Shown here: positions 52,445 through 64,000 of the stretch, piece by piece
How positions within the stretch are numbered: position 1 is the first letter of the stretch
Layout: every line of letters starts with the position of its first letter
Assembly (NCBI GenBank): GCA_951406725.2
Contig: OX597826.1
Span: 67,394,001-67,458,000, forward strand
Reading direction: 5' to 3'
DNA: 64,000 nt
DNA from: Octopus vulgaris
Lineage: Eukaryota
Position numbers and translations under genes: made by a program
Notes under the pieces: generated by a model
Databases searched by the model: none
What the model was told of the DNA's origin: nothing
The model's input: the letters and a program-made list of their open reading frames with translations, nothing else

Positions 52445-52884
52445 CATAATCACTTTTTTCGAATATTAGTCCTCGAAGCGCGTCCCATAAAGCTATAAAT
52501 AATAACATCAAATTAATGTGTTGGAAACAGCCATTGGTTAGAAAAAAGTTGAAAGCTGGTTATATGATTCGAACCTACATCTCTAGTTAACTTCACAGAC
52601 ATTCTATCATTTGACCAAAGTAATCCATCTAAATTCTTTATCTATATTAGTAGCTTCTTAGCAGGACAACCTTCGACTTTTTCTATCCAACGAGTCATTC
52701 AACTCAATATTTACATGCTTTCATTTAGATGTTTATGTGATGTGTCTGGAGAACAAGTGTCCCAGTGTCCTCTCACCTTTGATATCTGACATGTGGCATC
52801 ACGTGCATCTGCACAGGCAATACCATTTTCACGGAGGGAGCGAGCTCGGTCACAATCACTCGGTCACCATAAAGAAACCACCTG

Positions 52885-52890
52885 TATATG

Positions 52891-52924
<34 letters not shown>

Positions 52925-52970
52925 TGTATGTATGTATGTATGTATGTATGTGTGTATGTATGTATGTATG

Positions 52971-53014
<44 letters not shown>

Positions 53015-53031
53015 AATCCATCCATCCATCC

Positions 53032-53080
<49 letters not shown>
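52885..53080. repeat. (TATG)n/(TATC)n microsatellite
   Basis: Directly visible. Confidence 0.93.
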
Positions 53081-53081
<1 letters not shown>

Positions 53082-53257
53082 ACAGGGTTTGGAGAAAATA
53101 ATGGAAACACCTTAAACTGTCTAACAAATTTATTTTAATAAGGGACAGGCCCACACTTGGCAGTAATTAGAGCGTGAATTCTACGAGGCATGGATTGGTA
53201 CAAAGTTTGAATTGTTTCCAAAGGAATTTTTATCCATTCTTCAGCTAAAACAGTCCC
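53081..53257 (-). mobile_element. Tc1-family 3' end (transposase C-terminus plus TIR)
   Basis: EEWIKIPLETIQTLYQSMPRRIHALITAKCGPVPY*; terminus TA|CAGGGTTTGGAGAAAATAATGGAAACACC. Confidence 0.88.
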
Positions 53258-53289
53258 CATATATATATATATATGCATATATGAGTGAG

Positions 53290-53508
53290 TGTGTGTGTGT
53301 TTGTGTTGTTGTGTTTGTCCCTCCAACGTCGCTTCAGAACACATACTGCTGTGTTTACGTCCCTTCAAATTAGCGTTTCGGCAAAAGAGACCGATTGAAT
53401 AAGTACTAGGCTTACAAAGAATAAGTCCTGAGGTCAAGTTGTTCTATTAAAGACGGTGCTCCAGCATAGCCACAGTCAACTGACTGAAAAAGTAAAAGAA
53501 TAAAAGGA
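53290..53508 (+). mobile_element. SINE family B, 3' half
   Basis: GTGTTTACGTCCC...GGCTTACAAAGAATAAGTCC...CCAGCATAGCCACAGTCAA. Confidence 0.85.
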
Positions 53509-53619
53509 TATATATATGGCGGTCGGGAGTCAGGCCAAAAAAGAAAGATCATGGGTGGCCGGACACCGGTCACCTATATGGAGGAGGGATGGGTTTCACA
53601 CTGCGGCCAGGATGGAGGC

Positions 53620-53978
53620 CCGCCTTTCAGTCGAAAAAATCGACCTCAGAACTTATTCTTTGTAAAACAAGTACTTGTTCCGCTAACTGGTACTAGTACC
53701 GCTAAGTTACGTGGGACATAAACACACCAACATCGGTTGTCAAGCTATGGTGGGCGGACAAAGACACATATACATACACATAGACACACACACACACTCA
53801 CACACATATATACATACACATATATACAACGGGTTCTTTCAGGTTCCGTCTACCAAATCCACTCACAAGGCCGTGGTCGGCCCAAGGCTATGATAAAAGA
53901 CACTTGTTGAAGGTGCCCCGCCATGGGACTGAACCCGGACCAGGTGGTTGGTAAGCAAGCCACTTACCACACACAACC
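53620..53978 (-). mobile_element. SINE family B
   Basis: CTACCAAATCCACTCACAAGG...GGGACTGAACCC...CTTACCACAC. Confidence 0.85.
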
Positions 53979-54473
53979 ACACACACACACACACACACAC
54001 ACGCTCACACACACACACATACACACACACATAAATATAAACACACAGATACATTCACAGACAGACATTCACACACTTACACACAAAATGCGTGTGTGGG
54101 TGTATGTGTGTGTGTATGTATGTAGGAGTAGGTGGGTGCGTGTATATCTTCGCTGTTTTGTGTGTGCGCGTGCGTGTGTGCGTGTGTGTGTGTGTGTATT
54201 TGCGTGTGTGTGTCCATTCAGCATATATATTCGGAAATAAACTCCATTAATTTTCTCAAATATGTTAAACTAAAAGAAATGACAGTTGTGCTTTTTTCTC
54301 GTCTTGTCACATCTGGGAGAGAATTAATGAATCAATGAAATTCTGGTCTGTTAGTCGCTGACAATCAAGCTCTGTATGTGAGCGCGTAAACACACGTACA
54401 AACAACGTGTGTATATATATATATATATATACATACATACATTCATACATACATACATACATACATACATACA

Positions 54474-54539
<66 letters not shown>

Positions 54540-54781
54540 CGCACATGTATGTATGTTCGTGTGCACATGCATGTGTACATACATACATACATACAAATAT
54601 ATATAGATACACACACGCATATGTGTCTATGTTCGTGTGTGCGTATATATGTATGTATATACATATACGTGTATGTGTATAGCTGTGTGAGACATATCTT
54701 TGTCTCTCTCTTTCTCTCACTCTCTCTCTCTCTATATATATGTATATATATATAATATATATATATAGATATACATAGATA

Positions 54782-54816
<35 letters not shown>

Positions 54817-55014
54817 GTGGATATATATATATATATACACATAGGTGTGTGAGAGTGTGTATACCAAGCTAGCTGCGTGGTAATAGATCTATATGTAACT
54901 GAGGCTCTAAGCATATATGTGCGAATATATTTGGACATAAATCAGAGGTATATTTCAATGATTCATGTCCTGCAATCATTGTCTTTTGTGGTGACGCACA
55001 CGCATGCGCCACAA

Positions 55015-55055
<41 letters not shown>

Positions 55056-55333
55056 ATACTGATAGATAATGTGGTATATACACGTGGACTAATTTGTTCG
55101 TTCTGTGATATGTGTTTATGCATGTGTGTGTGCGCACGAGTGTGCGTACGCGTGCGTGAATATATATGTGTGTGTACGTGTGTGTGTGAGTGTGTAGGTG
55201 TGTATGTATGTCCATATATATACATATATGAATGAATATATGTACGCATATACATATATGTATATATCTCAGTATTTATGTACATAAACATGTAATATAC
55301 ATATAGATATATACATATGTATGTATGTATGTA

Positions 55334-55373
<40 letters not shown>

Positions 55374-55551
55374 TTAATATATCAATCAATCTATATATCT
55401 ATCGATCGAACTTCAGTTCTGTGATGCGTATATATGTGTATGCATGCCAGTATGTATGCTTGGCCGTGCATGTGTGCGCGTGTATGTATGTGTATGTGTG
55501 CGTTTGTCTGCGTATATACACACATGGTTATATACATTCGCGCATGCATAC

Positions 55552-55620
<69 letters not shown>

Positions 55621-56349
55621 TATAGATGTATATATGTATATATATGTATTTATATATATCAATACATAACTATGTATGCATACATACGTACATACACAAA
55701 CACACGTGCATATAACTGTGTGTATGTGTGTGTATGATTTGCTGTGAAGAAGAAAGGGGATAAGAGAGAGAAGCATAACGAATAGGAGTGAAAAGATGGC
55801 GGATGTGTTAAATCACAAAAGTGATGAATTTTCGGTCTTTCATCTCAATGGACAGCATCTTTATTCATCTGCTATTGTTGTTTCTCCCCTCCTCCACTTG
55901 ACAAATTGTTACAAACAACAGTATGACATATACAATAATAAACCAAAGAAGAGAAAAAAGACAGGAAGAATACCGAGTAACTCAGCGTCAAACAAGAAAG
56001 GAATTATTATTTATGATTATGATGATAATGATTATGATGATGATAAGAAGAAGAAGAAGGCGAAGAAGAAGAAGAAGAAGAAAGAGAAGAAGAAGAAGAA
56101 GAAGAAGAAGAAGAAGAAGAAGGAGAAGAAGAAGAATGAGGAGAAGGAGAATGAGAAGAAGAAGAAGAAGTCAACGAAGAAGTTGTAGAAGAATACGTGT
56201 AATAGGAAGAATAAAGATAATAAATAATAGTGATAATAATAACATATATACACACATATATATATGTCTATATATATATATGTGTGTGTATAATATGTAT
56301 ATATATGCATGAACATACATATACATACATATATATAAATATACATATA

Positions 56350-56393
<44 letters not shown>

Positions 56394-56666
56394 GGTATAT
56401 GTATATCCATATGTAGATATATATATATATGTATATATATATATATGTATAAATATGTATATACTTATACTATATATATGTATATGTGTATATACTATAT
56501 ATATGTATGTATAAATGTGTATATATATATATATATGTATATGTGCATGTGTATATAATATATACATGCATACGCATTTGTGTATATATATATATGCATA
56601 TATGTATATATATATAAATATGCACATATATATATACTATATACATGTATTATACAATATATATAT

Positions 56667-56724
<58 letters not shown>

Positions 56725-56879
56725 CGCGCGCGCGTTTGTATTAAACAATTCTTACCAATTAGACATTAGTGCGATTGTGTTTTTTGTGGAATATATATGA
56801 CAGAAAGAGAGAGGGAGGGAAGAGAGGAGAGTTAGTGAATGGTGAGAGAATTTGCACGAGAAAGTAATGAATGTTGGAC

Positions 56880-56959
<80 letters not shown>

Positions 56960-57143
56960 TAAGAGTAAGGTTTGGATGGTTCTGTGAAGCTGGGTGATGT
57001 TTGAATTTACTGTCCCGTTTAAAACACATTCGCTTGGGACGTGAAAGTATTGATTAAAAAAGAAAATGACGTATAATATATCACTGTTATCAACGTCACC
57101 ACCACTACCACCACCACTAACCACCAACAGCATCTTTATATAC

Positions 57144-57186
<43 letters not shown>

Positions 57187-57790
57187 GTTATCATCATCAA
57201 CTGTCGTTATGTCAAACTCAATTATAAACGATATCATCACTATAACTAATTCCAGCATAATAATACTTCTTGTCCTCCTGCTCCTACACATCTGCCTCCT
57301 CTTCCTTTTCCTCCTCCTCCTCCTCCTCCTCCTCCTCATTATCACGATCACCTTTATTACTTTCATTGTTAACGTGGTCATCATCCAATTTTCTTCATAA
57401 TAATCACCATGGTCAGCAACGTTTGCCGGTAACGCTCGCTCCTGCTCATCGTTGTTGTAGTCGCTCTGCCCCATTATATCCTCCTCCTCCTCCTCCTCCT
57501 CCTTCTTCTTCTTCTTCTTCTTCTTCTTCTTCTTCTTCTTCTTCTTCTTCTTCTTCTCCTTCATTACTATCACCGTCACAAGACCAACATAGTTATCAAC
57601 TTCTTCATCGACATCACCGCCATTATTTCCACTATACCAGCTTTATAAGCGTCAGCACTATCCTAAATTGTACCACCGCCTCCTCCATTACTGTCATCAA
57701 AACTCGCAATGCCACCGCAACCACCACCACCACCACCACCACCACCGCCACCACCACTGCCACCTCTACAAATTCCATCAACACCATTAC
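53975..57790. repeat. Extended microsatellite field: (CA), (TA), (TACA), (GAA), (GA), (CAT), (CCT), (CTT), (ACC)
   Basis: Directly visible, with short unique spacers. Confidence 0.85.
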
Positions 57791-57864
57791 ATTATCTATC
57801 GCATGAACAATTATCATATGGAGACAAAATGCTATTTCCAAGTTTTGATATTTTCAGATTTGTT

Positions 57865-58040
57865 GTAGGGCAGTATTTTTAGCACGCCGGGCAAAATGCA
57901 TACTTACATTTCTTCCGTCTCTGCGTTCAAATTCCACAGAGGTTGACATAGTTTTTTATCCTCTCGGAGAGCGGACGATCTAGTCGATTTCCAACCCGCT
58001 CCTTGGAAGTGCTGGACTTTTGCCAAAATTTGAAACCAAT
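57865..58040 (+). mobile_element. SINE family A, degenerate
   Basis: TTAGCACGCCGGGCAAAATGC...GTTCAAATTCCACAGAGGTTGAC. Confidence 0.7.
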
Positions 58041-59229
58041 ATTTTCAGATTTGTAGAGTTTTTGTTTCGTTTTCCTATTGAAACATATCAATTGTAGATA
58101 CTCACATACACACATTGAAAGGGGCTATATGACTGGGATCCCTTCCAATAGTGCAGCATTTTGCGGAAGTCTCTCATATTGTAACCAAATATCCAGAAAA
58201 AAAAATAAATATAGATACCCCTCATATATGCGTTGATGGATTTGAAAAATTTACCCCTTCGAGTATCAAGAAATTTAAACCACGTGAATCCTTTGAGTTC
58301 AGACAGTAGGGTTCAGGCAGTACTGCCTTTGAGTTCAAGAGTAAAAATTCCTGGCACATAAGGTCCCTTACAATGGATCGTGAGTCCTTTGAGTTCAGGC
58401 AGTAGGGTTCAGGCAGTACTGCTTTTGAGTTCAGACAGTAGGGTTTACAAATGGATCGATTTAGGCCCTGTGAATAAATTTCGCTAAATATAATGTAATG
58501 GATAGTCTGTAGATATAATTCAAGAATAAAAATTCCTGACACATAAGGTCCCTTACAATTAGTTGTAAGTACCAGCACCTGAAGAATATCGCGTCACTTA
58601 TACTAGATAAATACATATAAATGTGTATATGTTTTCATACGATAATCGAATTTTAACTCGATTATCGTATGAAAAGTTTTGAGGGGCTTTCTCCGCCTAT
58701 GCCACGAGTTGACCTGGTATTGCAGTACTTTTAGGATTCAGCACATGCTATTCTATAAAAATAGAATCACATAATAGCTATTTTATGTTATCGTATGACA
58801 TAAAATAGCTATTATGTTGGTATCTAATCAAAGTTACTTCAAAATGGAACCATAAAGTAAAGATTACAAACAAGCGTTTGCATTACAGGAATATGAGCAA
58901 ATTACTTCACAACATAGCAGAATATGCAGGCTGTGTTAAGCAAAAATATTTATTGTAACATCCAATTTGAATTCAATAACAACGGAAGATAGAGGTCGGA
59001 AGAGATCGAGTTTGGAAGGCGGAAACTGTTTGACAGTTCGTCGTATAAGTGTATATATATATATATATATATGTATATGTAACTACAAAGCCGGTAAGTT
59101 ATCGGCGCTGCGTGCAGTTTCTCTAAATGTTCACAGGCAGATGTGGTTGCTGGCAATGAATATAGGAAAATGGTGCTTTATTCTATGTGGTAGTAATATT
59201 ATTATTTTTGATAATAATAATAATAGTAA

Positions 59230-59279
<50 letters not shown>

Positions 59280-59334
59280 ATAATAATAATAATAATAATA
59301 ATGATATTAAAAAATGATAATATATATATATCTA

Positions 59335-59606
59335 CGTCGTTTTGGGATTTGGTCTGCAAGATTCTTTATATGAGTTCGTGTGTTGAAGCATATTCTGTTG
59401 TGTCTGGGGAGAGTCATTTTCGTTTTGTGTCTTATAATGTAACACACTCATTGGTAAAATTTCCATTTATTTCTTATTTTTCATTTTTATTTATTTTTTG
59501 GTTTTATTTTTATTTAAAAAAAGAAAGAACTGGAAATTTTACCGGTTAATGTGTTACAATATAAGGCACAAAAAGAAAATGACTCTCCCCAGACACAACA
59601 GTATAT
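59335..59606. mobile_element. Repeat family F arranged as an inverted pair
   Basis: Arms 59390-59465 and 59531-59606; homologous to 20790-21000. Confidence 0.8.
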
Positions 59607-59612
59607 ATCTAT

Positions 59613-59993
59613 TTTTTTACTCTCTTACTTGTTTCAGTCATTTGACTGTGGCCATGCTGGAGCACCGCCTTTAGTCGAGCAAATCGACCCCAGGACTTAT
59701 TCTTTGTAAGCCTAGTACTTATTCTAACGCGGTCTTTTGCCGAACCGCTAAGTTACGAGGACGTAAACACACCAGCATCGGTTGTCAACACAGACACACA
59801 AACATATACAAACATATACATATATATATACATAAATACGACGGGCTTCTTTCCGTTTTCGTCTACTAAATCCACTCACAAGGCTTTGGTCGGCCCGAGG
59901 CTATAGTAGAAGACACTTGCCGAAGGTGCCACGCAGTGGGACTGAACCCAGAACCATGTGGTTGTTAAGGAAGCTACTTACCACACAGCCACT

Positions 59994-59997
<4 letters not shown>
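59613..59997 (-). mobile_element. SINE family B, full length
   Basis: Reverse complement of 28582-28993. Confidence 0.92.
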
Positions 59998-60080
<83 letters not shown>

Positions 60081-60149
60081 ATGCATGTATGTATGTATGT
60101 ATGTATGTACGTATGTATGTATGTATGTATGTATGTATGTATGTATATA

Positions 60150-61012
60150 CAGGGTGCAATGAATAAACTGTCATCGAAATTACGAATAATTGAAAAGTAA
60201 TACTGACATCTCATTTTACCAGATATATTTACCAAAATTACATATAAATATCTTGACAGGCTTAATAATAAATTTATTCAATAAAATCGGTATTGGCCTT
60301 AACCACGGCCTCCAGACAAGCTTGAAATCTCCTGCAGCTATTCTGAAGGGTCACCTTGTTTATGTTGGCGAATGCTGCTATAATCCCTGTCTTCAGTTCA
60401 TCTTTCGTTGTATCATGAGTTATGCTGGTCTCTCGCTCAACTGCGCTACGCACATTATAATCAACGTAATTATAGACTGGGGAATTAAGTGGCCAAATGT
60501 TAGGGATGGTGTGGTCGCAGAAATTGTGACAGCCATGACTGGGTTCTCCTACTTGTGTGGTATGGTACAGATTCCTGCAACCAGACATAGGTTTTTCCGG
60601 CAGCTAGCCTCTTGAACCAGAGCAGCACTACCTCCTCCAGGCACTTGATGTAGGCGTCTGTGGTGAATCTGAGACCATGTGGAAAGATGAATGTAGGCAC
60701 AACATCGCCATCACTAATGATCACTCTAAACACTATGATGTTGATTGCATGTCCTCAGATTGCACTGTCCTCAGATTGACATCCAAACACACTGAAATGC
60801 TCGTATTCGAGCTTCCAGTGCAAATGCAAACTGTGCAGCATATCATTTCCAAATATCTGGTAGAGTGAATTGCGTCATGGTGCTGTTCTTCACACGGAAG
60901 GTGTCCAACGGATCCTACTATACTGTGTAATTGATAAAATCAAAAACAAGCAATGCGCATGTGATGCGTGAAGTTAAAAATATAAATTGTCAACAATATA
61001 CCCATCGCATCC

Positions 61013-61014
<2 letters not shown>
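60150..61014 (-). mobile_element. maT/DD37D-type Tc1/mariner element with both TIRs, internally deleted
   Basis: TA-flanked TIRs CAGGGTGCAATGAATAAACTGTC and CAGGATGCGATGGGTATATTGTT. ORFs 60500-60733 and 60274-60588 give YVWLQESVPYH...WPLNSPVYNYVDY, with 37 residues between the 2nd and 3rd catalytic positions across one frameshift. Confidence 0.88.
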
Positions 61015-61055
<41 letters not shown>

Positions 61056-61194
61056 ATATGTAGTATATATATCGTATATATATGTATTATATATGTGACC
61101 ATATTCATACGTGAGGTACTTATAAAATGCAACATATGTATCTATGCATGTATTTATGTATGTATATATGTGTGTGTGCGTGTGTTCGTGCGAG

Positions 61195-61325
61195 CGTCCA
61201 TGTGTGTGCGGTTCGGCAAAATACACGATAGATTAATTGTTAGACATAAAAAGTACTAAACCTCTTGAAGGTACTGTTCAAGAATGGCTGCAATCCAATG
61301 ACTGAAATCGGTAAAAGTTACAAAA
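61195..61325 (+). mobile_element. SINE family B 3' remnant
   Basis: GCGGTTCGGCAAAA...ATGGCTGCAATCCAATGACTGAAA. Confidence 0.6.
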
Positions 61326-61669
61326 TAACAGACCATTTCTGTTTACCAAATGGAAGAGTACAAGTTCAATTAACAACATTCCAGGCTTAGATTTTGTTCT
61401 AGCTGACCAGTGTCAGCTAGAATATGAATTAATTTTACTAAATATATGAAACTAGCTAAAGGTGGGGGTAAGAGTGTGGTTGTTACTTTCTGTTTTTTTA
61501 ACACCACATTCTCCCTCTTTGTTTCTCTCTCCTTTCTCTCTCACTTTCCCACTCTCTTACTCTTCCTTTCTCTCGGACTCTTCCTCGCTTTCTCTTACAC
61601 TCTATCTTTCTCTATCTCTCTCTCTCCCATTTATAAACAACAAAAGATCTTGAGTAAGTTGAGAAAGTA

Positions 61670-62319
61670 AATATTTTGAAAGATCAATCATAAACATCAG
61701 GCAGTGACAACGGAAAGGTCTGCTTCAAGGCAGACAGCAAAACACTAACGTTTAAAAGGGACAGACGAACTTGCGAGCTGAATAAAAAAAAAAATATATT
61801 GGAAACCAAAGTTTGAAGGGATAGAATCTAAGGATAGTAAAGTCACCATGACTGGCATTTCTTAACGACGGACAGCAACGTGGTGGCAGTTTAACGGCTG
61901 ACGTAAAATTTTGAACTTGATGTAAAAGAAAATTCGTAAACACCAAGCTTTGAAGAGATTCTTTCTCACGACAGTAGACTCACCATGGCAAGAATTCAAA
62001 AATTCATCATGGACGGCAACACATTGATGATTTAAAGGCTGGCGCAAATTTTTTAGCTTCATGTAACAGAGAATTCTTAAACACCCGCTCCTGTAAATTT
62101 TAATCCCCTGCCAGCCCAATTTAGACCCCTTTTCACATTTTGGTTAATATAACCCGATTTCATTCGGGTGTACTGGGGCCACATTTTATAAGATGAGTAA
62201 TTTTGTCCTAGAGGTCACGCCTTTCATTTGAGGAAAAATATATTTGCCATGCTAACTCGCCAGCACATTTAACATAGGTGTGCATATTTTTAGCACAACC
62301 GACCACATAATTCACACAT

Positions 62320-62356
<37 letters not shown>

Positions 62357-62416
62357 TGTGTGTGTATGTGTGTGTGTGTGTATGTGTGTGTACGCATTAT
62401 ATATACAAATGTATAC

Positions 62417-62463
<47 letters not shown>

Positions 62464-63257
62464 TAAATTAGAGATAAAACCACTAATAGGCAAATCAAAC
62501 AGTGAAAAACATAAACCAAAACATAAAAATAAAAATATAATATACAAAATATATAAAATATAAAATTTAAAAATTAAAATTATTTAAATTTAAAATTAAA
62601 ATTATTAATTTATATTCATAATTTTTAAATATATATAACTATCAAAAAGTATTAAAAAGTTTAATATTCATAAATACAGATATATACACTTTGTATATAT
62701 ACATTACATATACATATTTATATATAGAACACACACACACACACGCATATATAAATTAACCCAAAAAATATCTGATTCATAATATTTGTTCTCATGATTG
62801 TGTGGTGGTGCTGGCGATGATAATTTTCTCTATGAATGCAGACAGACGTAGAGAGAGAGAGAGTGTGTGAAAGTGCTGTCGAAGGAGGGGATGGGGGAGA
62901 TATAGGACGCTGTGAAACGACGTTATAAAGAGAAAGTGAAGGTAAGGGAGGTAGACGCTGTGAAACGACGTTATAGATAGAAAAGTGAAGGGAAGGGAGG
63001 AAAGAGAGTGAGTGATGGAGGAAGACAGATACATAAAAGAATGGAAGTAGACTTGTCAAAGTGCGTTTTTGGCCCTAGCAACAACACCTTTTAAGATGGG
63101 GATTACTAATCTAGCCCACTCGCATCCTCACCTCATTTTACATGTCCCTGTAAATTTTGGAGTCAATCCGACGGGATCTAGTGGCCTTTAACCCGTTCTC
63201 AATGCTAAAACCAGACAACAAACAAACTTTTCACATTTCAGAATTATAATATAGAGA
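61670..63257 (-). mobile_element. Probable non-autonomous Helitron-like element with internal tandem repeats
   Basis: Minus-strand start TCTCTATATTATAA...GAAAAGTTTGTTTGT...CGGATTGACTCCAAAATTT resembles short Helitron 5' ends (from recall). Internal ~140-bp x3 and 48-bp x2 repeats. 3' end not located. Confidence 0.45.
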
Positions 63258-63519
63258 TAATTTTGCTAAATAAAGATATGAATTAATTTCACTAAAAACA
63301 AGACAGATTAAATTAAGATAATTTAAATATATATTTCGAAAGTTACTTTTGTAGAATTCCATCAAATACAAGTTTGAGTTGGTGAACAGAAACAGGCAAA
63401 GTTTCGGTAGAAGTATCACGGAAATTTATGAACAAAAGTTGTTTTTCGGTCAATGTATTAATTTAGATATCAAATAGTACTGGATAAATAAAAAGTTTTC
63501 GGGGACGGGGTTTGAGAGA

Positions 63520-64000
63520 AAAGGCTTCCCGAAGCACAAATACCTGCTGTATAACTCAAGAGCCTTTCAATGTGACTTAACAATTTTACCAACAAATGTA
63601 ATAGGTTTCTCTATTCAAGAACTCAGCATTCAGCTAATGGTGCAGTCTAGGTAGAACTAAAGATAAGAGAACACAGTTTTCATTTCTCACTTAAAATATA
63701 CACTTTACATTTTATAACATTGAATGTTCTAACAACATTTCGAGTGAAAAAAAGTTACGCATAAAATCCTATAGAAAAATCTTCTAAGTTCCATGATTAC
63801 TCTGCATGTTTCCCTCCATCTAGCAACTTACATTTGATTCACTTCAAAAGCATATTTAAAAGGAATAATAATAATATAAAAAAAAACAACATCTGTATAA
63901 ATCTCTTATACGATTTAAAGAAAAAATTACTTCAAGCCAAACAAATACATACTGATGAACGGTAACATATTCTGAAACGGTGGTGTGTGTGCGTTGGGAA
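63520..64000 (+). mobile_element. Possible Penelope-like element 3' remnant
   Basis: Decayed VWELKDK-like and SEK-like stretches, followed by a CTGATGA...GAAAC core at 63952-63978. Confidence 0.35.

Noticed and set aside
58283-58445. CRISPR-like or telomere-like repeats
   Set aside because: No regular repeat/unique-spacer pattern and no cas genes in a eukaryotic context; TAGGGTT occurs singly, not as (TTAGGG)n.

Overview
AT-rich eukaryotic DNA, intronic or intergenic, with no host protein-coding exon I can support. The repeat landscape looks like Octopus or another coleoid cephalopod; this is recognition from memory, not a database result. Nearly all ORFs in the supplied track are translations of microsatellites: (TA)n, (CA)n, (AAT)n, (ACC)n, (GAA)n, (TATC)n, (TATG)n. 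The informative content is mobile-element debris. There are more than 30 tRNA-derived SINE copies from about 5 families, including trimers and head/tail chimeras. Three same-strand 3' fragments of RLE-type (R4/Dong-like) LINEs lie in the first 4.2 kb, and there are RTE fragments, at least 8 Tc1/mariner/pogo remnants and a probable non-autonomous Helitron. The most interesting signal is a near-intact minimal type I hammerhead ribozyme (41564-41650, minus strand) inside a ~320-bp element embedded in (TA)n. Several decayed hammerhead-like cores and long fold-back hairpins occur elsewhere, which suggests a (TA)n-associated population of Penelope-like/retrozyme-like elements. Boundaries are approximate (usually +/-10 bp) unless a TIR, TSD or hairpin arm is quoted. 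SINE family labels A-E and repeat labels F and H are my own.
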